Shown here piece by piece: positions 36,131 to 49,100 of a DNA stretch of 64,000 nt (its first letter is position 1; every line of letters begins with the position of its first letter). A program made the position numbers and the translations under genes. The DNA is from Pocillopora damicornis (lineage: Eukaryota), in the NCBI RefSeq assembly GCF_003704095.1, contig NW_020846801.1, forward strand, positions 186,001 to 250,000. Direction: 5' to 3'. The notes under the pieces were generated by a model that was given only the letters and a program-made list of their open reading frames with translations, had not been told where the DNA came from and made no database searches.

Positions 36131-39100
36131 TATAGCAGGTAATTTAGTGTTAACAACTAGGTTGAAAAAGTAAATTGGCCACCGTAAAGGGTAAAAAAGC
36201 TGACGTTTCGAGCGTTAGCCCTTCGTCAGAGCGATAGATGGATAGACTAATAAACGAGAATGACTGTCTAACTGGCTGACTGATTCAACTAATTTTTTGC
36301 TAAGGAAACTCATACTGACACTGCGGGCAGTGAAGTGAAGAAGATTAATTTAGTGGTTTTTAGATCAATATTCTCGTCTACAGGAAACTCAACAACCTAC
36401 AATTCACCCCTCTTACCAGCTTTACTTGGAACAGCTAACACCAGCATGCCGGCAACTCCACCAATTAGCATGAAGGCACAATACGGAATGCGGCGACCAA
36501 ACCTATCAAAACATTGAGTTATATAACACAACTGAACCATCTCTAAACGCTTCAAGGACTTTTCTTTTTTGGGCACGTCGATAATTGCCACCAAGGCACA
36601 CATTAACGATAGAGTCAGTTTGTTTCCGGATCGTCTTTTCCCATTACTACTGATCGGAAAGCTTTCCTGAACAGTTTGTTGACCCTTGTCCGAAAGAAAG
36701 ATCTGAGAAGTGTATTAAGGTTTAGTTGATTATTCTTAAAAACGGCAAGAAAAACCAAAATATATTGTTCTAGGACATCATTGCACCTTATTATTTTCAA
36801 AACATTTTATTTTGCAACCTCTAGAGTCCTTTTCTTTTATCAAATGTTCTTACCTCTGAAGACAAAACCAGGCCAACAATGCACTGGGTAACTCGATGAT
36901 AATCAATATGAAAAAGTTCAGGTACATGTCTCCTGCGAGATTCTTCACATTCAAACTCAGTCCAAAGTACACCAGAGCGTTAACAAACCTAAACGTCAAA
37001 ACAAAACACAGAATGAATTGATTTAAGCGTATAAACACACCAAACAACCGAAACACACCTAAAAGAATCGACAAAACAAATTATCTTTCTATCGTCTTTT
37101 CTCACCAATTGAAACAGCAGATGATAATTCTCTTTCTCAGTTTTGGTGTCCTAACCAAATCGAAAGTCCCATATTTTCGGGTGTCATTTTTCCTGACATC
37201 AGCTTTCCTTACTTCCGAGATCATGTGCCTCAGCTGTTTAGGGTCAACGGGGACGCCATTTTTGGTAGCGTACTTCATGAGCAGGCCATGAGCCTCATCC
37301 AGACGATTGTGAGCAACAAGCCAGCGCGGAGATTCAGGAATCCACCTTTTTCGCATTAAGACAAAGTGATACGGTTTTAGTTGGCTTACAAAATGACAGT
37401 TAAAGTTCACAACTTGATTGATTTCCTATGTTCACTTTGAAGGAATAAGAGACTTACCACCAGAAAAGGAGCAATAGGACCCCTGGTACCGACACTGCTA
37501 GCATCAGATGTCTCCAGTCTCTCATGAGGTATGCCAGTAAAGCTAAAATGGCGTAACCCACAGTCATGAAGATGTTGCTGACAAACCCTGCAGCAGTCCT
37601 ATTTGACGTAACTGACAGCTCCATGCAGTAAACGAAGCGGGAGAGTAGACAACCAGCGGCAGCGGCTCCCGCACCGACTCGGAACAAGGCGAAAAGAGAG
37701 AGGCAGTCTGCAACTGCAGAGACGGTGCCACATACGGCCTGAAATTGGGATAAGCGTAAATTATTTCCTTTTTTTTTATGATAGATGGTGAAACGAGTAA
37801 CCACGTAGTCATTGCGCGATGCACTCACCAGGATGGCGATACTGAGGAAAACAGCGACCCTTCGTCCCAAATGATCAGATATGCTGCTAAAAGCATAGGA
37901 GCCAACGAGAAGTCCTGCCAAGTATGCTGCTTGAGTCAACGCTTTGAGATGATTTTTATCACAAATCAACCCCCACTGAAAAAAAAAAAAACAAAAAATA
38001 AATAAATAAATAAAAGCGATCTTTTTTCAAAAGCAAGTCTTTCTTTTGTCGTGTCTCATTTTCAGTAGGACGGACTTGCAATATGATATCAAGACATTAT
38101 TCAGCAAACAGAATAGACACATCAGGAGCCTATGGGCTCCTGACATATCCATCGGTCTGAAGGCGAAAATCCAAATTCTTTAATATAATTTCAGAGGAAA
38201 GGTGCGGCTAGAATGGGAAATTAGGTAATAATAACAATAACAGTTCTTCAGAGAAATTCCACAAGTCTAAATGCGTTTGCAAATTAAGCAATAATTGGAC
38301 ATGAACATTGTAAATAGACTAAAACATAGCGTTTAAAAGCCCCAACTGGCAGGAGCCAGGAGGAAGACCAGTTGGTTAAATACAAAAGTGCAAGCCAAGG
38401 AGTTGAATTCTTAATTCAGAGCAATCGAGAACAAATCCAGAGAGTAGCAGGGCGGAGGGCTTGAATATGGGACGACAAGCTACAAGACCAGCGGGCTTAC
38501 CCCACTGCCTAAAAAATTTGACCATGGAGACCATGGAGGTCAAACGCTTAATTATTCTTGGGATTTCTGACTGTCTGTATATCATCTATGCGTCTTTTAT
38601 TGTTTCGTGCACTCAGACTTGCAAACGTTAATGCTAGATACATACACTCACATAGATACACATAGATACACTCAACACTTTACAACGGTACTCCAAAAAA
38701 GGTGTTTAGTGGGGAAAAGTCGTGTGAAATGAATATAACCAATTATTTTATCAAAAGTGGCTTTTTCAAAACATTGCTGTTATAGAGGGTGTGTCTGTGT
38801 GTGTGTGTGTGTTAATTAAAACCGATATTATATAGGTAAATATTGGATAACACCCAGTTAGAGTCTATGAGGGAATATCAAATCACGGGGTAAAAATCTA
38901 GCTTCCTTTACTGTTACAAGGTGTTATAAATATTTCTTTAGCATACAATCTCACCAAAAGACTATATTTTCAAGGGTAGTAATTGTTATAATCTTCTTTA
39001 AACTCAAACTAACCTCAGAGACGGCACTTGTGTATTTACCCTTGAATTCATATTCGGTGCAATTAGCACAACATTTGTCGATCTCGCAATTAGAACTGTT

Positions 39101-39367
39101 CATCGTAGTGCTCGAGGCGACACACTGGAAAGGCGGAGACGCGCCATAAAATACAAGCACTAGTTGTTGAAGGCCGATAGGTACCGTCATCAAGCACATA
39201 AAGGCGTACAACAGCATCGGATAACGACCGAATCCGCCGACCAGACGAAGCAAATCGTCAAATTCGTAATTCTCCTTTGACGATGAATTTGCATCGGCTT
39301 GGAAGTCATTCGTATCGCAACTCGTGTCAAGGCTGCTGCTATTCTTTTTGTCACCAGTCGTTTCCAT
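34554..39367 (-). CDS. SLC22-family organic cation transporter-like MFS protein (about 563 aa)
   Basis: Exons 39367-39014, 37975-37829, 37738-37458, 37345-37106, 36988-36854, 36502-36417, 35282-35174, 34989-34917 and 34820-34554, all in phase. Motifs GGFGRY, SEWGLIC, SDHLGRR, PESPRWL, RFGRR, ELFPTVIR and LPET. Confidence 0.9.
35322..36075. repeat. Long degenerate (GACT)n simple repeat in SLC22 intron
   Basis: About 750 bp of GACT-derived tetramers, ending in (GAAC)n. Confidence 0.9.
36082..36234 (-). mobile_element. Short hammerhead-bearing interspersed element (retrozyme/PLE-like)
   Basis: About 150 bp of complex sequence interrupting the GACT array, starting with a hammerhead core on the minus strand. 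Confidence 0.6.
36199..36232 (-). ncRNA. Minimal type I hammerhead ribozyme
   Basis: Minus strand GCT-CTGACGA-A-GGGC(taac)GCTC-GAAA-C-GTC-AGC. Stem I is GCT/AGC, stem II is GGGC/GCTC with one G-U pair, stem III is the palindrome ACGT, and the triplet is GUC. Confidence 0.8.
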
Positions 39368-42300
39368 TGTATTACGAATCACAGAGGGCTTACTCACATC
39401 GACATGTAACGAGTTTCAGGAAAATTGCCAAAGAAAGAGACAACTCTGAAAACTGAAGATTTGGATGTCACGTCAGACAGTCTTATATTAGTGACAAGTG
39501 TAACCTAAAACTGAACGTGCCAGAGAGTTGAATCAAGAAACTATACTTATGTCAGCATAGCAAACATTACATGTCATCGTAAAATTAACAAAGAAAATTA
39601 AAATGTGGTACACTGTTGATTTTGCCTCTGCAGTTGAATCTATCAGTCACGCAATGCAAATTAAAATCAGACTTTCCTATGATGTCACGCGACATGGTAT
39701 AGTGTCAGGGTTATCAAGAGCAAGCATGGTTAAACGCAACTCACAACTTCCTTAAAGTGCTAGCCTGTTCAGACGTTCAATCAGTGAAACGAAGCGCGAG
39801 AGTAGCGGAGGAGTGACAAAAAAAAAAAAACAACAACAAAAAACCGCGAGGATTGGGTCGAGTCGTGCAATGAATAACTTTTCATGGAATGACTTGAATT
39901 GTATAATTTATGCGTGTAGAGCATAAAACACGCTGTTCAACACGTTTTCATGGCTTTTATAAAGGCACAGCCATTTTAATTTTTCACCTTTGTTTAATAA
40001 TGCGTTATCCTGAATATGGCATGAAGAAATAAACTGCCAGCCGTTTCCATAAGTCATAATAATTTTAACATGGTACCGAAACGGGCTATAAGACAATGGT
40101 TCGTAATGCGTGTAAGAGTTTTGTATTGACTGCTGTTCAAAGGTTCAAAGGCTATTCTTTCACGCATTACTGGAAAAACGAAGATTATTGAAAGGAAAGA
40201 CACATTGGAAACGTTTAATCTAAGAACTAATTTGCAGAAAAGTTTCTGAGTTAGATCTTACACTGTTTTATTTTATACATCATTCACTGCAATAAAAGTT
40301 TTGAAAATTATTTCTTATCTGGTAGAAGATAACATTCCTTTGGAATTTCCTTTATCTTTGTTCCTTTTTGGAAGAGATTTTTCAGCGAGTGAATACAATG
40401 CCCCGGATAAGTTCTGTCTACCTTCGCCGGAAACTAAAGCGCTGTTTCGGACCTTAAGAAATGAATTAAATCAATTTAAATATATGTTAATGAGGTCATT
40501 TGGTGGTTTGAAGGTGTCAGGGTCAGAATCAAAGGTTTTAAAAGGTGATTTTCATAAAAAAAACTTCGTGATAATAAGCCCAATTTATTGACGCTTCATA
40601 TTCAAATATCGTAAGTGGTTTCACATTCAAGAGGAACTGATAAAAATTAACTTGGGGCTTTCCGTGTTATTTCGTTCAAGGCTGGTACTAAAATAAACCA
40701 CCAAAAACAAAATGATAGTTTTTATAAACAACACAACGATGTCTGAAGAAGAAGAGGCCTGTTTGATACCAAATTAGCAAAATACTGTCCAGCCGCTTCT
40801 CATTTTTGTCTTTCACCTCTTTGTGCACAGATGAAGACAATAAAGGCGTAACCATCACCAAGTTGATAATACGAAATCGTTTCTCAACATACCAGTTATT
40901 TTATAAAAACTATTTTATAACAGTGAAATCCAAGGCATGAGCAGTGCTTACAGACTGGTGACGTGACCATAACATGATCGACATGAATTTTTCAGTTGTC
41001 GTTTTGTAAATCTTGTATTACACTTAACATCAAGGATCTCTCTACGAAAGAGCACAGCCCCCCAAACTGGCACATTAATGAAAGACAAGGGTAAGAAGCT
41101 TTTTGCTCATTTAAGTAAAGAATTTAAAATGATTTAGCTTGGCTGATTACAGAGTTCGAATATGAAGGTAGAATAGTCCTCCTCGACTGTAATTTTAACG
41201 AGTTATATTCATCAAAGCTATTGTGCTATTGAGGTTCAACATCCTCAAGATCCTCGCTTCTTTTGTTTCGTCTCCACGCATAAATTTTAATAAGATCAGC
41301 GATCAAGAAAGAAGCAAAAGTCAATCGGCTGAATATTCTACAAATCCCTATTAAACTGTGGGTTTTCTTTTCTTAACAAGGAAACAGGAAAATTATCATA
41401 AATATGGCAATAAAAACACTGCTTTGACTTTTTGACAACGGATGACCTTGAACCCTTTGACAAGTTTACGTTATCAGGCCAAAGACAAAAAATAAAGAAA
41501 AAAAAGGAAAATAGAAACATCCTCTGTTGAACAGTTCATTGTTAGTCTTATAGAGCTTGTTTTATACTCGTGTGTAGAGTTTTCCCATTATAAAGCGTAT
41601 TTGATAGGATAAGAAATGAGATGACCCTAACGATGTCTAACTGCCATTGTAGTCTGTTTTCATTCTACCCATGGGCGGTTATTCAGGTCGACCAGCCGTG
41701 TTTAGACTTTAAAAAGCCGGACTCCTATTCTGAGCTACTCCGAAGCCTCAGATACCCAAAGGATATGACGAGGATAATTGAATACATTTTCTCCGATCTG
41801 TTTCAGTTGGTGTTTGACACAGAATTGATCCGTAAGCTCTCTACTGTTATTGACTCTGAAAAATTAAGGATTTTTAAGTCTATTCAACCTGGATCAGTTT
41901 TGAAATGATTATTTTGCATGAAATTCAATGCATGAAAGGTTCTATCTTAGACACAATTTCTTTTTTAACTGTATCTTGGGATTTAACCCTGTGACCTATA
42001 AAGTCAATGATAGAACTGAGAAATGTTGTCTGAACTCTTGCGTCTGTGGAGGAAATCCTACAGTACTTAAATGTGGTACCTTTTATCATTTTCTTTTTTT
42101 ACAAAGTGAATTTTTGGATTTTTCTGGTAGCTGATAGTGAAAGGATGAAGTTAATTTTCACTGGTGACATAATTCTGTGAGGATTCGAGATAATTACCTG
42201 TTTTAACCTTGACGTTTATAAGATTGTATCGTTTTTCTCCTAACTGAGAACCTGTGTGTTAATGTCAAAAAAGATATCTACATTAACACAAACAAACAAA

Positions 42301-43173
42301 AACCTATCAGCGTTTTATGCTGTAATGATGATTTACTTTAAGTTTACCGATATAGAAAGATGACAAAAATTAGCCATCGCAAACCTTGAGTCTGCCGGGA
42401 AGTGATCATACTTATTTAAAAATAGAAATAAAGTTGACTCCAAAGCTCAGCCACGAAAGACCTATAGGTCAGTCAGGGTCTTTCTACTTGAAGCAAGTTG
42501 GTTTCTTGAATTCAAAGGGAAATCTTAACAGGTGGAACAACCTGAGGTGTTATATTCCACAAGTAAGGAGACAAGTTTGATGTACTACAAAGTGACGCAA
42601 TTGGCACACTGTAAGAAGTGTTGTGTATAAAAATATTAAAGAATCCTAAACAGCTGTTGAGTAATTGATGGTGATTGATACGTTTGGCAAAGTACAAAAA
42701 AAAACAAAGTTTGGAGTTAGATTTTTACCTTGAATGAAAAACTTTGACACCTTTCCATCGAGAATAAAGAATGCCATGTCTTTTTACCTCGTGTTTTGTT
42801 GCTATGCTAAGATTGATAATTATCTTAATGGGCGGCATGTAGTGGCAAGAGGACTCACCTTGCCGCATGGAGGGCGTGAGTACGGTTTGAGTCAGGACCG
42901 AGACATAACTTTCAAAAGAAAGAAATAATAAGAAGAGACGTGTTTGAAATGGTTTAGAGGAGAGGATTTTCGATTTATAGAAGTCACATTTGAAACACAG
43001 CGATATTAAAAGGTTATCATTAACGCTTCGTTCATTGGTCGTCTCGATCCAAAGACATAAACTTTAGACACAACATGTGTCCCTGTGTTTAGCTTGTATT
43101 TTCTGAGCTAAAGAGATAGAATGGAAAAATCGTAAGATGTTCATTAATACGTTTTTTTTTTTGCAGGGTTGAG

Positions 43174-46100
43174 ATGATTATTTTATTACTGCTACGAAGC
43201 ACGCTGTTGCTTCTCGTAGCAAACTATTCTTTTGCCCAAGAATGGTACAGCCAAGACAATTATGGACCCATGTATTACGAGCCAAACACAGTGGAGGAAT
43301 TAAAACCTTCATTTGTGGAAAAGCGGCAGGCAGAGAGCTTAGCCACTGAATCAAAGTCTTTTTATTTGTCGGAGCACTCCGCGTCTAACGTCCGTGAAAA
43401 ACGAGACATAGGTGACGTGGACGCTAAAAAAAACAGTAGTGACGTCACGGAGTATACCACAAATGAAGGTGTTAATCACGTGGCTGACATGCCCGAGGAA
43501 AATGACCAATCATTTAACCCAGATAGCTCTCTAGAAGCGACCTCGCACAGTCCGACCAATGACAGCTATGAATATATGCAAAGTCCGACCAACAGCAGCT
43601 CTGAGTACGTGGAAAGTACTAACAACAGCAGCAATGAGTACATGGAAAGTCCTAACAACAGCAGCACTGAGTATGTGGAAAGTCCTAACATCAATGGCTA
43701 CGAAAACGCACAAGACGTTGCCAGTGATAGCTACGAATTCACACAAAGTGTTGCAAATAATAGCGTTGAATATGCTGCCGAAGATAGCCACGACAAAGCT
43801 CAAACCGTTGCCAATGATAGCTACGAATTCACTCAACGCATTGCAAATAATAGCGTCCAGTTCGCACCAAATGTTGGCAAAGACAGCTACGAAAACGCAC
43901 AAAACGTTTCCAACAGTAGCTACAGTATAACTGATTCCAACCAAGTGAATGAAATGCCGAATGAAACAATGAAAACCGGACCTGAAGGGACTGAAATGTC
44001 TCCATTAACACCCGACGTCATGCACAAAGGCTCGGCCGAGGGCAGCGCGAACGACGGTCGTATGGACGTGACAGAGGAACCAAAGGATGATGGCGCAGGA
44101 GACCTAGAAACCAAACCTGTCGATACAGCCCCTAGCCATGAGACCTCTGGAACACCTGACTTCATGGAGGAGGTCGACGAAAGCTCTGGCTCTGGAAATT
44201 CAAATGATCGAGAAAATGATGATGAGGAGAACAAAGCGAAAAATGGAAATAAAGACGATAGGAATAGGAATAGGAATAAAAGTGATGATAGTGCTAACGC
44301 CAGGAAAGAAACTAACGGAAGGAAAATGACGCCCACATCGGCAAGCCGGGGTGAAGATAGCAGTGGAAATTTCAATAACAGAGAAGTCGATGATTTGTTT
44401 ACAGACTACGACGAGGATGAGTATGAGGATGAACAACCGGTGAAGAGGCAAAATTTGGGTACGAAAATTATTAGATGAGTAAACTGTATCATTTTATACT
44501 TAACTTCCATTGAATTAGAGGATATATGAAAAGCAAACATCTGAACCACGGAAAAAGAGAGAGGTCTTTGAGGTTAGAAATCACAATTGACAAGCTAAAA
44601 TAGAGCCTAAACTTAGCTCAGTTAGTTTCAGTCAGTCAGTTAGTTTCTGTGCTACACCAGTATCGCAGAATAGTCCTTGGTTCGGATCCCATTCGAGCCT
44701 GACTTTTCCCAGGCTTAATTTTTACCACCATCAGCTTTGCGATGATCTGCATTTAATTGGTCAGAAGAACACTATGTGAATAAGAAGTGGCTAACTCTAA
44801 AGCTTCCTTCGTTTCAATTTGTAGCCTGGGGTGCTCCAAGACAGCAATATGCGTATTCCTCAATGCCATGTTGTCCATCAAACATGGTTTGTCCAGGTTA
44901 GTTATAAAATAAACCAGTTTACATTGCATTAATTTTTCATATTCCCCACCTCAACTCACTCTATTCACATTTCGCAATAGAAACATACTTTGCCTCGTAC
45001 ACATATCATCATCCAGTTATCGTATGCCACGAGAAGATGAGTTAAGAATCTCGTCACATATTCTAATCAAATACTATATTTCCGTCTTCCTTTTTCAGAT
45101 AAACCACCGTGTGTCCCTGACACTGGTGGTTATAAGGGTTTCCAAGGTTACATTAACTATCCAGGGTACCCACCTAATTACCAGTCCCAAGCTGTACCGA
45201 GCTTTCAGCCTCAAGTGGCTCCAACTTCGCCGCATTACGCGAATCCCGGACCTGCTGCCAAGAATAGCAAGGCAAACCCAGTCAAGGCACGTCCTACATC
45301 AGAAAAAGCTTCCACTAGAAAAGTCTCTTCTTGGGACCAACTGGGATCTGACAGGAATGCTTCACCACAAACGAAGGGTTTTATTTCAGACGCAGATGAC
45401 TACCATGAATTCAACGGGACGGAACAGAGCTTTGCCGGGTACGATTTTAAACAGAACGAAGACAAATTCTACAACAGCACTGGAAAACATGATGACGAAA
45501 ATAAAGAGTTTTTAGAAAAAAATGACTCGAATCCGCTGACAACGCAGTTGATATTAGAGAACGAAAATGACCATGTTCGAGAGAATAATTCTATTACACC
45601 AACTAAAGAGAACGATAAGGAAAATGTGAAACAACAGAAGTCCTCCGAAGAGCCAAATTACAAGGATGAAATCGAGAAAGAAGCCGTGGAACAAGAGAAA
45701 GAAGCTGATCGGATGGCTGAAAATGAAGAACATAAAGACGACGAGGACGACGACGACGACGATGATGATGATGATGACGACGACAACGAAGACGAAGACG
45801 ATGAAGATGATGATGAACGAAATAACAACGATGATGACCATCAGGGACAACACGCACCTGATAACAAAGGACAAAAGGATGACATATACAATCCTACAAA
45901 TCAATCATTTGCAGTCTCTCCAACAGTGCTTCCAGGAATGTGTCCACCTTGTCGTAAGTAATACCAAAGTGTTAATGTCATGGAATGTATAATCACGACA
46001 TCTCTACTGCTGTCATATCATAGATAAACAAGATAGGATTAGTGGGAAAATCATTTAGTAGTCGGATCACACTGTAATATTAAATCAAATTAAATTAAAC

Positions 46101-49100
46101 TGTCTACACGTGAGATTATATTAAAATGACTAATTCTTTTTTTTTTGTTTCCATTTTGCAGCAAAGCCAACAAAAGCGCAAGGTAAAGAAATCCAAAATA
46201 TTAACACAACATCTGTCATGTATTTATATTTACGAAATATTCCTTCAAGAAATCGCTAAGTGCTATTTTAGTCATAAACATTTGTGACATATAACTCATA
46301 GTCAGCAATAGTGTTTTCTTAAGGAAGACTTAGCAGTTAAAACACCAGGTCAATCTGTGCATATCGTTCAATTTTGTACTGATCCACTGCGTGATCGATG
46401 TTTTCGCTCAATACAAATTCACTCTTACCTTGGCCTTACAATGGAGAAGGGTTCTATTTAGATCATTGAAATCACTCCCAGCTTTGGGTTGACACTTTAC
46501 TTCTCATAATTAAATAAAGACAATTCAGTTTACACACACTTATGTTACGACATCGCTTAATCTAACCAGCGTTATGTTGCATTAACATCCTCTCAGCTTG
46601 TAGCGCCAAAATAGATCTGGCTTTCCTAATCGATGGTTCTTCAAGCGTTGAAAGATACGGTGTCGGAAACTTCCGAAAACTAATCGAATTTGTCCGAGGA
46701 CTGACGATGGGATTCGCCATTTCCAAAAGAAATACCCGAGTGTCCTTAACTGTGTATGGAACAAGACCGAAGATGATATTTAATTTCCGAAGGTTGGTTG
46801 TCTCATGAAAAAGTACTGTTATCATCTGTAGGAAATAGTTTAAAACTAGTGTAGGAAATACTTTAAAGCTAGTGTGAAATATATCCTTAAATCAATGATG
46901 TATTCGCTGTTGTAACTGTGATCAAGCTGCTCTTCAGTATAAGATGGGAAATCTGAACTCACTGGTCGCGATATCCAAATTAAATGACTTTTTTTGAAAT
47001 ATTCGTTGATGTTCAGTTCAATCACTCCACGGAAAACTGAAACGTTTAGAATGATTGTTTCGAACGAAAGTGGTATGACAGATTCCCCTTACAATGGAAA
47101 TAGTGATCATCTTTGACCTCCTTGTTAAAGTTAACATATCTGGTTTCCCATCTTTGAATTTCGAAGGGTGGATAATACTTATCCATCAGACAGCAGTGGA
47201 AGTTATCTGATGCCTGCTCTGGCTCTCGTATTTCCAAAAAATTTTTTCTATGAAAAAATTAAAGTAAATTGACAGATGTAGAATTTGATCATTGACTTTC
47301 GGTAATTTCAGATATCAGAGTAACTCATTGTTATTCACGGCTCTCAACCGGCCAATCTACTATCCACGGACGGGAGCGAGAACAGGTCGGGCTCTCAGCT
47401 TTGCCAACAGAAGGCTTTTCACGAGAAGCCGACGTGTTCGAGCTCGTAAAGTACTGGTGGTTATTACTGATGGTGGCTCAATCGATGACGTACATGGAAT
47501 CTCTAAGAGACTACGAGCCAACGGTATCACAATCTATTCAGTAGGAGTGGGAAGGTACTTCAACGCAAAGGAATTGGACTCGATGGCAACTGATCCTGAC
47601 AAGACGCACGTTTTCACGTCGGATTTTAAGCAGATACAGTACATCACAAACGATCTTAAGAAAGCGATCTGTTTGAGTAAGTATTCAACGAGCTTAAGCA
47701 CCAAACGAACTCACCGTGCGAGAAAAAATTGATTGGAGTCAAAGTCTCAACTCAGTCGATATTTTTTACATATTTGCTCACAGACGTACATCATCTAGCG
47801 GAGTGCAACATTGAGGTCATCTGTAGATCTATGAATGAAATGTTCAATCTGGATAACAATTATATTCATTGAATCACACTGCACAATACCTGTCGACTTT
47901 GTGCTTCCTTAGTAAAAAATATCTAGAAATAATTTTAAAACTAACCAATGTTCTATAAGGGTCCTATACCGTTAGATGTGTTGACCTATTATAAGCTTCC
48001 AAAAATTTGAGCTCCCGATTACCTCTCCTACTTTTCTCCAAAACACGTTCATCACACAAAGTCTTACGTGGACAGAAAAAAGCAAAAAACACGGATTTAC
48101 TCATCGACAGCATGTACTTGCCCACGGCGGAGAAAGAGAAGAGGATGTTGTCCTTCAACCTCTTTCTGATTCTGTAATTTGAACATTATGTAACGTATCT
48201 AATCTGTCATATACCCTGTTTAATGGTTAACCTTTTGCTGTTTAGGTGCGGGTGGTACTCTGTCAGTTTCAAAGCTTCAGCCATGTGTTTGCGGACCAAC
48301 TAAACCAGTAGGTCCTACAAAACCGGGTTAGTATGAAGATGTTAAGCTAAATGGTACCCTTCAAAATGTCAAATAGTAGTCTACAATTCTTCTAATATTT
48401 ACACTTGTTAGTCCCTTGATATGCGATAGTGGATTCGTTTCAAAACCTACAGCTTTAAACCTGTAGAGGTTACTCATATCATGTGATCGATCTCTTGGAT
48501 AGAATATATGACGCACAAACCTCAACTGTCCTTCTTTCTGGCGAAAGATAGTAGAGCGGAAAGCGTTCATTGGAAAGGATACTCTTGAGTAATAAATCCT
48601 ATGCATCTGAAGATTGACTGATGGACTTCTAACAATTCGCATGTTGTTATTGCAGTACCTAAGACAACACCGAAAAGAGGCGGCCCAGGTAAACCTGGAA
48701 AACCAGGTGGTCCAGGTGGTCCTGGTGGTCCCGGGGGTCCTGGTGGGCCTGGAGGACCGGGTGGACCAGGCGGCCCAGGAGGTCCTGGAGGGCCCAAACC
48801 TGGTACAACCACAAAGCCAACGAAAAATCCTCCAGGTGAGGAATTCACAACCCATCTTTCTATTACACAGTTTGATCATAGCACCGCCTGATGCTATCTC
48901 ATTCACGCTTTTAAAGGTAAACCAGGTGGACCTGGAGGACCTGGAGGACCCGGCGGACCCGGAGGACCTAGTGGCCCAGGTGGCCCTGGAGGTCCCGGAG
49001 GACCAGGTGGTCCTGGAGGTCCAGGTGGGCCCGGTGGACCTGGAGGACCAAAGACAACCCCAAGACCAGGGAAAACAACAAAGCCTCCAGGTAAGCCTGG

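Noticed and set aside
39908-42928. Short ORFs between the SLC22 gene and the giant gene
   Set aside because: No recognisable motifs or consistent splice chain. Likely promoter, 5' UTR exon or intron sequence.
44610-44700. tRNA gene
   Set aside because: A- and B-box-like motifs are present but there is no acceptor stem or cloverleaf. Better explained as a SINE-like repeat.
45554-45992. Poly-Ile/Val, poly-His/Arg and poly-Thr/Met ORFs
   Set aside because: Alternative frames of the poly-Asp tract.
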